Part shown: positions 1 through 12,157 of the stretch, one piece after another
Layout: each line of letters opens with the position of its first letter
Position numbering within the stretch: position 1 is the first letter of the stretch
The notes under the pieces: generated by a model
Told to the model about the DNA's origin: nothing
What the model saw: only the letters and a program-made list of their open reading frames with translations
Databases searched by the model: none
Origin: Azolla caroliniana
Lineage: Eukaryota; Plantae; Polypodiophyta
DNA length: 64,000 nt
Direction: 5' to 3'
Assembly: GCA_043228905.1 (NCBI GenBank)
Contig: JBHGNT010000004.1
Span: 7,006,001-7,070,000, forward strand
Program-made: the position numbers and the translations under genes

Positions 1-881
1 ACCCACTCGTGATGCATCGGTGGGATATCAGGAAGGATGCATTTGAATAACTAATCATACCTGGTTAAGGAACCCTCTCAACTGCGATTGCGTTCCATCG
101 AACTTCGTGGGAAGGCCAATCTTGGGCTCTTTATGAATCCCTTGTGTTCCGAGCCCTTGTTGTTGCATCGCTACGATGGTTGCTTCGACTTGTTGCACGC
201 GTAACGCAAGTTCCCCATGTTGTTGTTGCGTTTGCTGCTTTTCTAAGGAGATTTGCTGAAGATCCCCTAGCAACCGTTGGTTTTCTTGTTCCAAAGCATG
301 GAACTTCTCCTTCAAGCATTGAAATTCCAAGAAAACAGATTGATATTCTTCAGCGCTAACAGTGGCCATGGGATGAAAGAAAAGAGGAATAAAAGATTAG
401 TAGGAAATGAGAGAGATAGAAGGTAGGGAAAATTGGTTCAAACTGTCAGGAACAGTACTGAGACAGAGAAGGAATTAGTACTAAACGAAGGATTAGTACT
501 ATGAGAGGTGTGGAACTTCTTCGAGAGAAAGAAGAAGTGAGTGAGACAGAGAGAAAGAGAGAGATTGAGAGAGAGAGAGAGAGTGATGATAAGAAAGATA
601 TGTATTATATGAAGAGAATATACAATGGTGGCTAAAAGGCTTAAGACTGGCGTTGAACCAATTTGGTTCAATATAATGCCTAGTGCCCTCTTTTATAGTG
701 TTTTCAGGAGTAATCCTGAAGCTTCTAGAATGTTCCAGAGAAATCTGGAATATACACTAATTTCCTATAATAAAATGTAAATGAAAATAATATCCTACGT
801 ATTACAATAGATGATCTAATGGTCAAGAGCTCGACCCATATAACCTAAGGTCATGGGTTCGAGTCTTGCCATATCATGACA
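1..881 (-). mobile_element. 5' end of a Ty3/gypsy chromovirus-type element (5' LTR 444-881 plus gag start), inserted into a copia RNase H
   Basis: LTR termini TGTCA(444)...TGACA(881). Copia HIEVHYHF codons resume at 882. Gag EPKIGLPTKFDGTQSQLRGFLNQV resembles the chromovirus gag at 48567 ([24 protein letters not shown]). Confidence 0.85.
55..369 (-). pseudogene. gag: Chromovirus gag N-terminus with premature stop
   Basis: Coiled-coil N-terminus plus P-x-KFDG motif; stop after FLNQV where the paralogue continues RLII. Confidence 0.8.
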
Positions 882-1709
882 ACATCGAAGTGCACTATCA
901 CTTCATCCGAGAGCGTGTTCTAGCTGGCGATGTCGACCTACAACACATTAGCACAAATCTTCAAACGGCCGACATCTTCACTAAAGCCTTAGGAGCCGAG
1001 AAGCTGTGGCAATTCATGACCGATCTTGGATTGACGATCCCTGACCTGCCAAGCTTGAGGGGGAGTATTGAAGACACTACACAATAACGCGTGGATTCCA
1101 CAACTGTTCAACGAAGCCGCGAAGAGCCGATCTACCACACAAAGCTGCAAAGAAAGACGCAAGACGAAGCACAGACTTTGCAACTACGCACAACGCAAGC
1201 TGGAGCACGGATTCCGCAACTCCGCATAAATGTGAGTCAACGCGGACTCCGGAATGCGAGTCGAAGTGGATTCTGGATACCGTCTGAAACCGACCCGACT
1301 TGAGCTTGAGGGGGTGTCTTGAGAATCAAGCTCAACTTGGTCTAGTGTGTGAACTCACCTTGAGAGTGAATAGACACTCCAACGGTCAAGAGTCACCATT
1401 ATGTCACCACTTTGTATTCTAGCATTTAGTATGAGTCATAAAATCATATTCTATGACACATAACTTATGAGCTTTCACATTCCCCATGCTCCATGAGTCT
1501 TGTAGTTAATGAAGAGAGAGGGTGACTATATAAAGCACCCTCCTCCCACCTTGTATTTTGTCGAGTCTTTCTCCTTTGTTAATATACTTTACCTTGCGTA
1601 TTCTCTGTGTCTTACTCCTTGTCTCTCTCTCACTCTCTCTTCCTCTCTCATACACACACACAGTTCATATCTATTCCGATGTACAGAATCCATGTTTTGA
1701 TTCTTTACA
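882..1709 (+). mobile_element. 3' end of Ty1/copia element X (RNase H end, PPT, 3' LTR about 1315-1709)
   Basis: IEVHYHFIRERV...QTADIFTKAL; PPT GAGCTTGAGGGGG about 1302-1314; LTR ends TTTACA like the related LTR at 35163-35875; another copia pol resumes at 1710. Confidence 0.8.
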
Positions 1710-4700
1710 TATCTCAAAGAACCTGTTGTCGGTTGGACAAATCGTCAACCAAGGGATGCAGGTGTGGTTTATACACCTAGGGTGCTTCATCGAGGAAGAG
1801 GGCCGGATAATTGTGCAAGGGCGCGGAGACGGGAGGATGTTCATCCTCAACACTAATGATGTCGGCACCGCTATGTTTGCGAAAGGGCAGAAGGTCGAAT
1901 CAGACATCGACCTATGGCACATGTCAATTATCGGAGGCTTCAAGACCTGCAATCGAAACAAGTCGTTTTCGGTTTGCTGAAATTTAGCGGCCGGAAGGTC
2001 GAAATTTGTGAAGCCTGGCAACTCGGGAAGCAACATTGGCTTCCATTCCCCACCGATCGAAACCGGAGCCATAACAAGCTCGATTTAATCCATTCGGATG
2101 TATGGGGACCGGCACAAAACGTTAGTCTTGGCAGGAGTCGGTATTTCGTCTCCTTCATCGACAACTACAGCCGGCACACGTGGATCTACCTCATCGAAAG
2201 GAAGAGCGAAGTCTTCGAGTGCTTCCGGAACCTTCAAAGCTTGGTTGAACGGGAAACGGAGAGGAAGATCAAGTGTCTGCGGTCGGATGGTGGGAAAGAA
2301 TAATTTTCCGGTCAATTCAACAGTTATCTGCAATAGAACGGAATTCGAAGAGAATTCAGCTGCAGGTACACACCGGAGCAAAACGATGTGGCCGAAAGGA
2401 AGAACCGGTTGATTGTCGACGCGGCAAGGGCAATGCTAGAGGAGAAGAGCATGCCCCATTTCTACTAGGCTGAGGCGGTCCGGACGGCCGTCTACATCCA
2501 AAACCGGATCGGTGACAAGGTGTCAGCACACGAGTTGTATTTCGGGCGAAAGCCGAATTTGAGACACCTTCGGATATTCGGTAGCATAGCATATGTGCAT
2601 GTACCGGATGAGAAGTGGAGGAAGTTGGATCCGAAGTCGGAGAAGTGCATTCTAGTCAGTTACTCGCATGAGCAAAAGGGGTATAAGTGTTATAACCCCC
2701 GGACTAAGTAGGTCTGAGTAAGCCGAGATGTTGAGTTTGATGAGACGGCATCATGGTACTCCTTACCGACTCCAACTCCAACTCTCGATGAAGACCCAAT
2801 TCTGGAAGATTAGTCTCGTGAGCCCAAGGAGGTCCAGGTAGAAGATGAAGACTTCAGCACTCTAGAAGAGAGTCTGATCTCATTCTGGCTAAGTGGACCG
2901 AATGAGCGGCTAAGTTGGGATGACCAGTCGGATGAGGAACCGACAAGTAGTGGAGACTCTGTCGTGCTCTCCCCGCGCAAGGAAATGAGGAGACGGTTCA
3001 TGCACAAAGAGAAGGGGAAGAAGAAGATGTCGGAATACGAAACCGGCAATGTTGAGTCGGATCAGAGCGAATCCGACTCCGGAAAGGATGAAGGCGGATC
3101 TTTGGGAACGAAGTCTGACCTGGCCAAGAAGGGCCCCAAACCAGGTAATACCAAGTTACGCCGGTCTTCCTGCCTGAAGAACCCCGTTACGCGGTACGGG
3201 TACAATGAGTACATGGCGCATCATTATGCGTTCATGACTAAGGTGGCGGAAGTGCGTGAGCCGGAGAGCTATGCAGAAGCGGCAAAGAACAAAAATTGGT
3301 GTGCCGCTATGGAGGAAGAAATGTGGGCACTAGATGCCAACAACACATGAGACCTCGTTGACCCTCCCCGACACTGTAAACCGATCGGTTGCAAATGGGT
3401 GTACAAGGTAAAGTACAATGTCGATGGTACGATTCACCGGTACAAGGCCCTGTTAGTGGCGAAGGGATACGCACAGACCTAGGGAATCAATTATGACGAG
3501 ACCTTCACGTCCATATGGCGAAGGGATACGCACAGACCTAGGGAATCAATTATGACGAGACCATCGTCCATATGGTGAAGATGCAAGGGGGTGGCATCTT
3601 CACCATATGGACGTGAAGAATGTGTTTCTTCAAGGTTACCTTGAAGAACGGGTCTATATGATCCAACCTCCCGGTTTCTAGTCGGAGATGAACAAGTTGG
3701 CGGTGTGCAGGCTCAAGAAGTCACTTTACGGTCTGAAACAAACCCCCAGAGCTTGGAATGCAAAGATCACGCACCGGTTGCATAAGATGGGGTTTGTGAC
3801 CTCTAAATCCGACTCGTCGTTGTTCCTACGGCAAGGTTCGGATGGTCCGGTTTGCATCCTACTTTATGTTGATGATTTAGAAATCACCGGACCCGGACTC
3901 GATGAAATCGGCCGAGTAAAGTCCCAGTTGTCATACGCATTTGAAATGAAGGACCTAGGGGACCTTCATTACTTTCTTGGGATCGAGGTGATCCGAACCC
4001 CCGATGGCATATTGCTCTCACAACGACACTATGTGTTGAATATGCTATACAAGTTCGGTATGACGGAGTGCCAACCTGTCTCCACACCCCTAGACCGGAA
4101 CCAGAAGCTCTGTCCCAACTCCTGACTGGCCTGCGATGAGAAACAATTCCAACAAATCATCGGAAGCTTGATATACTTGACAAACACTCGACCCGACCTC
4201 AGTTACCCGGTCGGAGTGATCAGCCAGTTCATGCAAGAAGCCGACTATCGAGCACCTTCCGTGCGCACACCAAATACTCCAGTATGTGAGCAACACGAAG
4301 GACCATGGGCTATTATACCGACACAGTATAGTTGGGAAGCTAGTCGGATATACTAATGTCGACTGGGCTGGTGATGCATTGGATCGCTGATCCACCTCCG
4401 GTTACATGTTTTCTCTAGGTAGCGTGACTGTTGCGTGGAGCAGCAAAAAGCAGCCAATAGTGGCTCTGTCGAGCACTGAAGCTGAATACCGGGGCGTTAC
4501 CAATGCCACCTGTGAAGCCATCTGGCTTCGGCGACTGTTGCGAGACCTACGGATTGAGGTACCGACCCCGATCCTAATCTACTGTGATAACATGAGCAGC
4601 ATTCAACTCGCCAAGAACCCTGTGTTCCATGCTCAAACGAAGCACATAGAAGTCCACTATCACTTTGTGCGTGAGCGGGTTTTGAGCAGTGAAGTAGAAC

Positions 4701-5866
4701 TTCGGTATGTTCAGACGAATTAGCAAATTGCCGATATCTTCACCAAACCGCTCGGATCGGACAAGTTGCAACACTTCACCGAAATGCTTGGTGTTCAGCA
4801 TCTCGACATGCCACACTTGAGGGGGAGAAAAGGAATGGGAATGGACAGCACCAGACAAGGAGCCGGAGAGGAAGAAAGAACAACCAAAGGGGGAGACAAG
4901 AGGAAAAAGGAAGCCGAGTCGACGAAGGAAGTCGGCACATCCGAAAAGGTTGGAACAAGCGGTAGCAGCAACAGAGTCAAGAAGGACAGAGCCGACCGGA
5001 AGAAAATGGCCAAGACCCAGGAGTGGTCCTGTGTGGTGAAGGGCCTAAAACCGGAAGACGAGTTGGAGAACACCAACTCGGACAAGAGCTGGAATGAATC
5101 GAAGGAAACCGATTTGGTTCAAGATTCGAATTGAAGGAATCTGATTCGGTTCAAGGACACGGATGCAACGGAAGTCGACGCCAACACGAAGGAACCGACG
5201 GGTCGACAAGCGCCGGAGTCGCAACAGCGAGGGAGTTGAAATGGGCCTATTGAGCAGACAAGGTGACTGAGGAGGTTGAGGTGCGCAAAACCAGAAGGGT
5301 TGCGGCAAACAAGACTGGACCGAACGAGGAACGTGAGCGAGGCGGAGCAACGCCAGAAGGAGCCGGATAGAAGAACCGGCTACTGCGGACACTAACACCA
5401 CGATCCAACCTCAAGTTGAGCTTGAGGGGGAGTGTTGAGTGAGCAAGCTCAACCGGATCCGGATCGGCTGAATAAGCTTGAGCCGGATCGGCATCCAGAA
5501 GGATGAGCCGGATCAGTATCCGGAAACAACCAACCGGATCGGAGAGCCAGATTCGAGCGGGAACCGGAAGCCTAGTAGTAGCCTAGACTACTAGGTAATC
5601 ATTGTCTCGTAGTTAGTGTCAGTTGCACGTGTGAGCATTGAAGTATTTGTCTGTACTTCTGTCAGTCCTTTATGGACTTGTACAAATAGTGTTGTTTAGC
5701 ACGTTGTATGTACAGAGTTTTAGAGTTAATTTTTTAATATAGTTTTATGTTCTACTCTCTCTATCTCCTCTGTGTTTGAAGCTTTTCCATTAAACCTTCA
5801 TCTCATTTTCTATTGCTATCCGGTTGAGCCGGTTCTGTCTTACGCTTCCGCACATTAACATTCACA
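1710..5866 (+). mobile_element. Decayed Ty1/copia element B: pol remnants, PPT and 3' LTR 5433-5866
   Basis: SKNLLSVGQ, integrase HSDVWGP/RSDGGKE, RT LLYVDDL, RNase [16 protein letters not shown], many stops and frameshifts. PPT GAGGGGGAG then TGTTGAG at 5433. LTR end TTCACA placed by comparison with 36925-37344. Confidence 0.9.
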
Positions 5867-6131
5867 GTTGTCACTTAGCATCTCAGATTTGATGCTTGGA
5901 CACATACGGGACGCTATGCTTCTAAAAGAAGCTTGGGACAGTTTAGTAAAACTATTTGCAGTGAATACAAAGGCAAGAAAGCTTCAGTTGAAGACTGAGC
6001 TAAATACCTTGGAAAAAAGTAAGATGTCAGTAAATGAGTATGCTCTGTTGGGAGACATGTCCCTCCGGATGGGAAGGGAGAAGAACAGTGCCGATGAACA
6101 AACTCGGCCGAGGCCGATAGGCCTCGGCCGA

Positions 6132-6411
6132 AACCGGATGAGGAGTACCCGGCTACGGAGAGCCGGATGGTGCAAACCCGGTGTGAACCGGATGAGGAGT
6201 ACCCGGCTCCGGAGAGCCGGATGGTGCAGGCCCGGTGTGAACCGGATGAGGAGTACCCGGCTACAGAGAGCCGGATGGTGCAGGCCCGGTGAGAACCGGA
6301 TAAGGAGCACTTGGCTACAGAGAGCCGGATGGTGCAGACCCGGTGTGAACCGGATGAGGAGTACCCGGCTACGGAGAGCCGGATGGTGCAGACCCGGTGA
6401 GAACCGGAGGA
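6132..6411 (+). repeat. 54-bp tandem repeat, 5 full copies plus a partial, inside solo LTR E
   Basis: AACCGGA unit starts at 6132, 6186, 6240, 6294, 6348 and 6402. Confidence 0.95.
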
Positions 6412-6508
6412 AGAGACATATTCGTAAATATGTTTTTGAGAGCCCATCGAGTCTATATTTGTAAATAGCCGAAAAGTCATATTAGTATAAATATGACTTA
6501 GGGCAAAC

Positions 6509-6595
6509 TGTTGGAGACAAGGCCGTGTCGATGCGGAAGATCAAGAAGCATTCGATTAGGGTTGAGTACCTGCGTATGACAGTTTGCACGATCGT

Positions 6596-6640
<45 letters not shown>

Positions 6641-9600
6641 CACAAAAGACTTTCTATTCCATAGAAACAATAATACAACCAACCTTACAAAAAGGTTACA
6701 AGGTCACTTTATATAGTGACAAACTTAGGGCAACTACCCTTTATGTTAATTACACAAATGGCCCAAACTTGAGCTATACAGAAGGATAGTGTGAATACGT
6801 CCATTATACACTTGTATTCGACACTCCCCCGTAATGGGCGTATACATGGGTTATCTAAGATTACAGGTATAAACCTAGGTTCTCGGACATATCAGTTTTG
6901 TTCGAGTCGGCAGTGTCCGAAGGCAGAAGACCGGACTGGTCGGGTCGGAAGAGTTGAAGCCGATCATTAAGGAACTGATGTCGGTTGTCCGAAACCATCC
7001 TGCGTTGTGTCCGGCTCTAACCGGACTGGTTTGTCGTTACGCCCATCTGATGCCGAAGAGACCGAAAGCGGTCTGCCGAAAGACACTTGGTCATTCCATC
7101 TGCGACATTGTCGGTTGTGGATATTTTCTCTAGACCGATTTTCCCTGAAATGACGCAGTCCCGAACGAAGTGATATCGAACGTCGATATGTTTGGAGGCA
7201 TTGTGGTGAACCGGATTTCTCGACAAGGCAACAGCACCTTGACTGTCGCTATAGACAACTGGAGCCGAGTCATGGTCGACTTGCCGAAACGTGTGCGCCA
7301 GCCGGCCGAGCCACAAAGCTTCTTTTGCAGCGTCGGACGCAGCTACATATTCTGCTTCGGTCGTTGAGGTCGCTGTGCACTCCTGAAGTTTCGACTTCCA
7401 CGAAATTGCTCCATTGCCGAATTTGAAGCAGTATCCAGTTGTTGATTTCCGACTGTCTATACAGTCGGCGAAGTCCGAGTCGGTGTAACCGACTACGCCT
7501 GAGATTGAGTTCGGACCGAAAAGAATGTCGTGGTCTTTTGTGCCAGCTAGATATTTGAACACATGCTTGACTACGTTCCAATGCGATCGGCCAGGATTGT
7601 GCATAAATCTGCTGACGACTCCTACGGCATGAGAGATATCAGGCCGTGTCGCGACCATCAGGTACATAAGGGAGCCGACTGCCGGTGCATACGGTACCGA
7701 CTTCATATCTTCCCCCTCCGGACCGGATGTCGGGCAGTCTCGCTGAGAGAGCCGAAGATTCATGGGGAGCGGGGTTGAAGCAGATTTGGCTGATTGCATG
7801 TTGAAGCGTTCCAAGACACGTCCGATATAGTCGGTCTGAGACAAAAAAAGATGTCGTTTGTCGCGATGCCGACTAATCTTCATGCCGAGTATGTGTCGTG
7901 CCGGACCGAGGTCCTTCATGGCAAACTTCAACCGCAGTTGCCGAATGAGATCGGCAAGTTCGCCCGCGTGGCGTCCAGAAATTAGCATGTCGTCCACGTA
8001 AATGATGAGGAAGATGGGTGATCCATCTTGAGCTGTGTTGGTAAAAAGGCAATGGTCCTCATCGCTTTTTGAGAAGCCGATCGATTGGATGAAGTCGTCG
8101 AACTTCTTATACCATTGTCGCGGTGCCTGTTTGAGGCCGTATAGACTCTTCCTGAGTCGGCAGACTAGATGTTCTTGGCCAGTTGCCACGAAGCCTTTTG
8201 GCTGCTCCATATAAATTTCCTCTTCAAGATCACCATGGAGGAAGGCTGTTTTGACATCTAGCTGAATCAGCTCCAAGTTGTCGGCTGCCACTACGCCGAG
8301 TAGAAAACGAAGGGTTGTCATTTTCACCACTGGTGAAAAAATCTCGTCGAAGTCGACGCCATATTCTTGTCGGAAGCCCTTCGCAACTAGTCTGGCCTTG
8401 TACTTTGGGGTGGTCGAATCAGACGTCTCTTTTAGTCGATAAACCCACTTGCAAGGAAGAGCACGTCGGTTCCTAGGTAATTCGACCAGATCCCAAGTCT
8501 TGTTTGCCTGAATGGAGTGCATTTCCGACTCCATCGCCAGATGCCAGGTGGCTGAATCGACAGATGTCGATGCTTCTTCGTAAGACGTCGGTTCGCCAGC
8601 GTCGGTGAAGAAAATTCCAGGAGAATACCTCTCCGGAGGTTGCGACAGTCTCTCGGATCGTCGAGGTATGATTGGACTGGTCGCATCGGGTATCGAGGTC
8701 GGATGGTCCGAAAGCGAATTATTCTGCTGTGCCGAGTCGGTAGTGTAAGGTTCAGCTACCCGTGAAGCTGACCGTGTGTTAAGAGCGGGGCCTTCTTGAA
8801 GGGTCGGCACATCGGAAAATGTTACCCTTCGGACTTCGATCGGTTTTCCGACTGATGGATTCATAGCCGGCTCGTTGAACACAACGTCCGAACTTCGAAC
8901 GATTTGTCTGCGTTCGGGGTCCCAGAGTCGGTATCCCATTTCGCCGTCTGATCCATATCCAAGGAAAATGCATTTCCTGGACCGAGGTGCAAGTTTTCGG
9001 GGATCATCTTTCGGAATAAGGGCGTATGCCTCGCATCCGAAGATCCTCAGCTTGTCATAATTCGGCTTACTGCCGATCCATAGTTCCTGAGGAATTTGAA
9101 GTCCTAGAGGTCTGCTTGGCGACATATTGATTATGTGTACTGCCGTGAGTAGAGCCTCTGCCCAGAAGCCATCCGACAGTCCGGAGTGTTGGAGCATGGA
9201 AACTATCCGTTCTTGGATTGTCCGATTCATGCGTTCGGCAATCCCGTTTTGCTCCGGACTGTGTGGTGCCGTAAATTCACGTCGGATGCCGCGTTGTCGG
9301 CAGAATTTGACGAATTCTTCTGATTTGAACTCTCCCCCATTGTCAGTCCGAAAGCATTTCAGTTTTCGGTCGGTTTGATTTTCTACCATAGCGAGCCAAT
9401 CGGAGAAGATCGAGAAGACACGATCTTTGGTGCGAATTGGATAAGCCCACACCTTTCGAGTCGAATCGTCAATAAAACTGACGAAGTAAGAGGCACCGCC
9501 GAGAGACTGATGCGGCATTGGGCCACAGACGTCCGAGTGGACTAAATCGAGAGGTCTCGTTTCTCTTGGTGCTGATGTCGGGTGTGATGCGGCTGCTTGT

Positions 9601-11818
9601 TTGCCATACTGGCAATGCTCGCAGAATTGATGGTCGGAGAAGGAGAGTTTAGGGATGTATCCGGCTCTAGATAGATGCGTAATGCCGGCCTTGCTGAGGT
9701 GTCCTAATCTTCTGTGCCATAGTGATGACACAGGAATATCCACCAAAAACAGGTTACCCTCTCTGAGCGTAACATGTAACGGATACAGTGAGTGTATCTT
9801 GGGTCCTCTAGCAAGCAGGAGGTTCCCCCTGTGGAGTGTCCACCCTCCCGAAGAAAAACCGGCACGAATGTCGTCTTCATCTAGTTGTCCGACTGAGATC
9901 AATGGCCTTGAGAGCTCGGGTACATGTCGGACATTGTGAAGTACAAGTGTAGAGCCACCTGCAAGGTTGAGCTCTACTGTGCCGATTCCAATGATGTCAC
10001 AGTGTTGCGAGTTGCCGACTCGAACTGAGTCGGAGTGACGGATCGTATATTGCCGAAATTGGGATCTATGAGGAGTCACGTGAAATGACGCGCCCGAATC
10101 TAAGAGCCATGTGCTCGATTCTTCAGTCGTGAGCAGAACTTCTGATCCGACTGGATTTTCGATTGACAGTATATTCGGGTCGTTTGGTAGCACATCAGCT
10201 GAGAAGCTGACGTAATTGATCTCCTCATGCCGGCCACTCTTCTTGTCTGATTTCTGAGACTTGTCGTTCTTGTTCTTGAGTGCGCGGCAGTCGGCTTTGA
10301 TGTGTCCGGGTTTCTTGCAATAGTTGCAGATTCGATTATCCCGTGACTGGCTCCGTCTTCGTTGATTGTTCGGCTACCGTGAGGAATCTCTTCCTCGTAT
10401 GTTCGATCGGTCTGTCGAACCTTGTACTACATAAGTGTCGTATGTTGAGTCTTTGGCGAAAGACTTTCTCCGAGCTGCTTCGGTCAGGATTGCGCTCGCG
10501 ACTTCGGAGTATTTAACAGCCGTGGTTGACGCGTTGCACACGGTTGTGACGAAAGTTTCCCATGATGAGGGAAGGCTGCTCATGAGTATCATTGCTCTGA
10601 GTTCATCCTCGATTTCCGTCCCCTGAGATGAGATTTGGGAGCTTATGCTTTCGTACTCATTGAGATGTGCTTGAACCGAATCTGATTCTTTCATTCGCAA
10701 GTTGTAGAGGCGCCGGATCAGAAACATCTTCGTTGCAGCGACCTTCTTTTCGTAGGTGTCCGACAGTGTTTTCCACAGTTCGAATGTTGTCGTACACGAT
10801 TGCACCGTAAAGTATACCGATTCCGATAGGTGCATCCGAATCGTGGCGCGGACGATTCTGTCCAACTTCTGCCACTCAATTGGTTTGTATCCTTCTGGAG
10901 GTTCTTCATTTTCGATGGGATCGATTTGCCCCTTGACTATGAGATAGTCCTGCATTTGCTCCTTCCAGAAGTTGAAGTTCGATCCATCGAACTTTCGTAG
11001 ACTCATTTCTGACGAGCCGGATGTTGATGCCATCAAATTTGGTTTCGGTTGACGAAGCTCGGTTCGGAGTTGACTACGAACCTTGTTGGAGTGCAGCCGG
11101 TTGGCTCACCCGATATCGTTCTAGTCGGATTTGAACCCGAGTCGGTTCGGCTTCGGATATATGTATTGTTGAACTTGCTCGAATTGACTCCGGTAACTTG
11201 AGGGACAGAACCGACTGGTCTTCCCGAATGTTGCCGAGTCGGAGTGAGCCCGGTTCGCTTCCGAATATATATGCCAAATACCGATTATTGAAACCGATTG
11301 TCTGGACCGATTCTGCTTCGGGTGACTGCAGCGACGAGAGAGACGGATCCAACTGATCCTCCCGAATGTCGATCAGCCGGATGAAGCACGAATTGGGGTT
11401 GTTGTCTTGAGAACGATCTGCACCGAGTGGTTACAATGAGCAGCGAGCAGCGTTTGATGACCTCTTCGGATGCCGTTTAACCGAGTGGAGCACGATCGTG
11501 TCAATGTTGCACAAGGGGATTTCACCTCGAGCGGTTACGATCACAAGAAACATAGTACAACCGGCTGGCTTACTCCAAGCGAAGATGATCTAACGCGATG
11601 AGATGCAAGCCTCGTTTTTTCTTCTTCTTCTCTCTTCTTCGAATGACGCAGGAAACCGAATGCTGTGCAGGCTGAGACGACGGCCGACAGCGGATTGAAG
11701 GACCGAATACTGTGCAGGCTCTGATACCAGATGTTGGAGACAAGGCCGTGTCGATGCGGAAGATCAAGAAGCATTCGATTAGGGTTGAGTACCTGCGTAT
11801 GACAGTTTGCACGATCGT

Positions 11819-11875
<57 letters not shown>

Positions 11876-12058
11876 CACAAAAGACTTTCTATTCCATAGA
11901 AACAATAATACAACCAACCTTACAAAAAGGTTACAAGGTCACTTTATATAGTGAAAAACTTAGGGCAACTACCCTTTATGTTAATTACACAAATGGCCCA
12001 AACTTGAGCTATACAGAAGGATAGTGTGAATACGTCCATTATACACTTGTATTCGACA
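6509..12058 (-). mobile_element. Young full-length Ty1/copia element D
   Basis: LTRs 6509-6823 and 11732-12058 differ by (GA)n length and about 1 substitution; TSD CAAAC; tRNA-Met PBS TGGTATCAGAGC at 11718-11729; PPT GGGGGAG at 6824-6830. Confidence 0.97.
7017..11036 (-). pseudogene. gag-pol: Copia gag-pol of D, one reading frame with a single in-frame TAG at 10374-10376
   Basis: Gag, knuckle CNYCKKPGHIKADC, protease WLLDSGAS, integrase, RT YVDD and RNase H all in one frame. Confidence 0.93.
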
Positions 12059-12116
12059 CAAACTTTTAATTGTTGTTGTCATTTTCTGTTTTGCACGAGA
12101 TTAGTGTGCGTAACTG

Positions 12117-12157
<41 letters not shown>

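Noticed and set aside
6132-6411. CRISPR-like array or 18-aa repeat protein
   Set aside because: The units are contiguous with no unique spacers and lie inside a solo LTR; the ORF is gag reading into a stop-free repeat.
10374-10376. Programmed stop-codon readthrough between gag and pol in D (also F at 19181 and the gypsy at 58812)
   Set aside because: The D and F stops fall before or inside the zinc knuckle, element C has Trp at the F site, and none has the CARYYA context. Point mutation is simpler.
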